From assembly GCA_020627905.1 (NCBI GenBank), contig JAHDFZ010000001.1:1-57334 (forward strand): a DNA stretch of 57,334 nucleotides. The letters run 5' to 3'. A program made the translations under genes and the position numbers. Positions 57,102 to 57,334 of this stretch are shown here, one piece after another. Origin of the DNA: Verrucomicrobiota bacterium (GTDB lineage Bacteria > Verrucomicrobiota > Verrucomicrobiia > Verrucomicrobiales > DEV007). Under the pieces are notes generated by a model. It searched no databases and was not told the origin of the DNA. It worked only from the letters and a program-made list of their open reading frames with translations. Each line of letters starts with the position of its first letter. The first letter of the stretch is position 1.

Positions 57102-57334
57102 GTAGCCGCGACAGCTAAGCTGCGTAGCGCAAGATCGTGGACCGGAGAGCACGGCGTGCGGCAGACACAGGCTGGCGTGCGGACAAATCCACGCCGTCAC
57201 CGGCGCGGCTACGGAGTGGATGCGGCCCAGCAAAGAAATGTAGCCGCGAGCGTAAGCTCGTGGACCGGAGAGCACAGCCTGCGGCAGACACAGGCTGGCG
57301 TGCGGACAAATCCACGCCGTCACCGGCGCGGCTA
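57102..57334. repeat. REP-doublet cluster 4 (units 57102-57212 and 57240-window end)
   Basis: Same GTAGCCGCG...CGCGGCTAC unit; runs off the end of the window. Confidence 0.9.

Overview
A 57.3 kb, gene-dense chromosomal window, most likely from a PVC-superphylum bacterium. The DUF1501/DUF1549/DUF1553, DUF5069-like and DUF3500 proteins and the sulfatase suggest Verrucomicrobiota (inference from gene content). Core genes: ABC-F ATPase, lnt, a phosphohexomutase, rsmD-waaA-plsY, panC, efp, a SWIM-SNF2 helicase, tig, an RluA-family synthase, rnpA-rpmH, ychF, a DAHP synthase, thiH and thiS. Two PVC-type modules are interleaved: (i) ECF sigma -> anti-sigma-like N-terminus fused to a diheme cytochrome/DUF1549/DUF1553 protein -> non-canonical sulfatase -> Tat-exported DUF1501; (ii) DUF1549/1553 -> DUF1501 -> DUF1549/1553. 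Non-coding structure: four clusters of GTAG-type REP doublets (8 clear units); a 223-bp MITE with TIRs and a TTAG target duplication that splits a stop/start junction; a ~200-bp nested-hairpin element; several promoters implying leaderless mRNAs. Other oddities: a COG0523 GTPase with HGHH in place of CxCC, an active/pseudo Deg-protease pair, an NfeD with a duplicated protease domain, a peroxiredoxin-SnoaL fusion, and a 1.3-kaa internally duplicated membrane protein with an internal signal peptide. No rRNA, tRNA, CRISPR array or transposase was recognised. All family calls come from motif recognition, not database searches.
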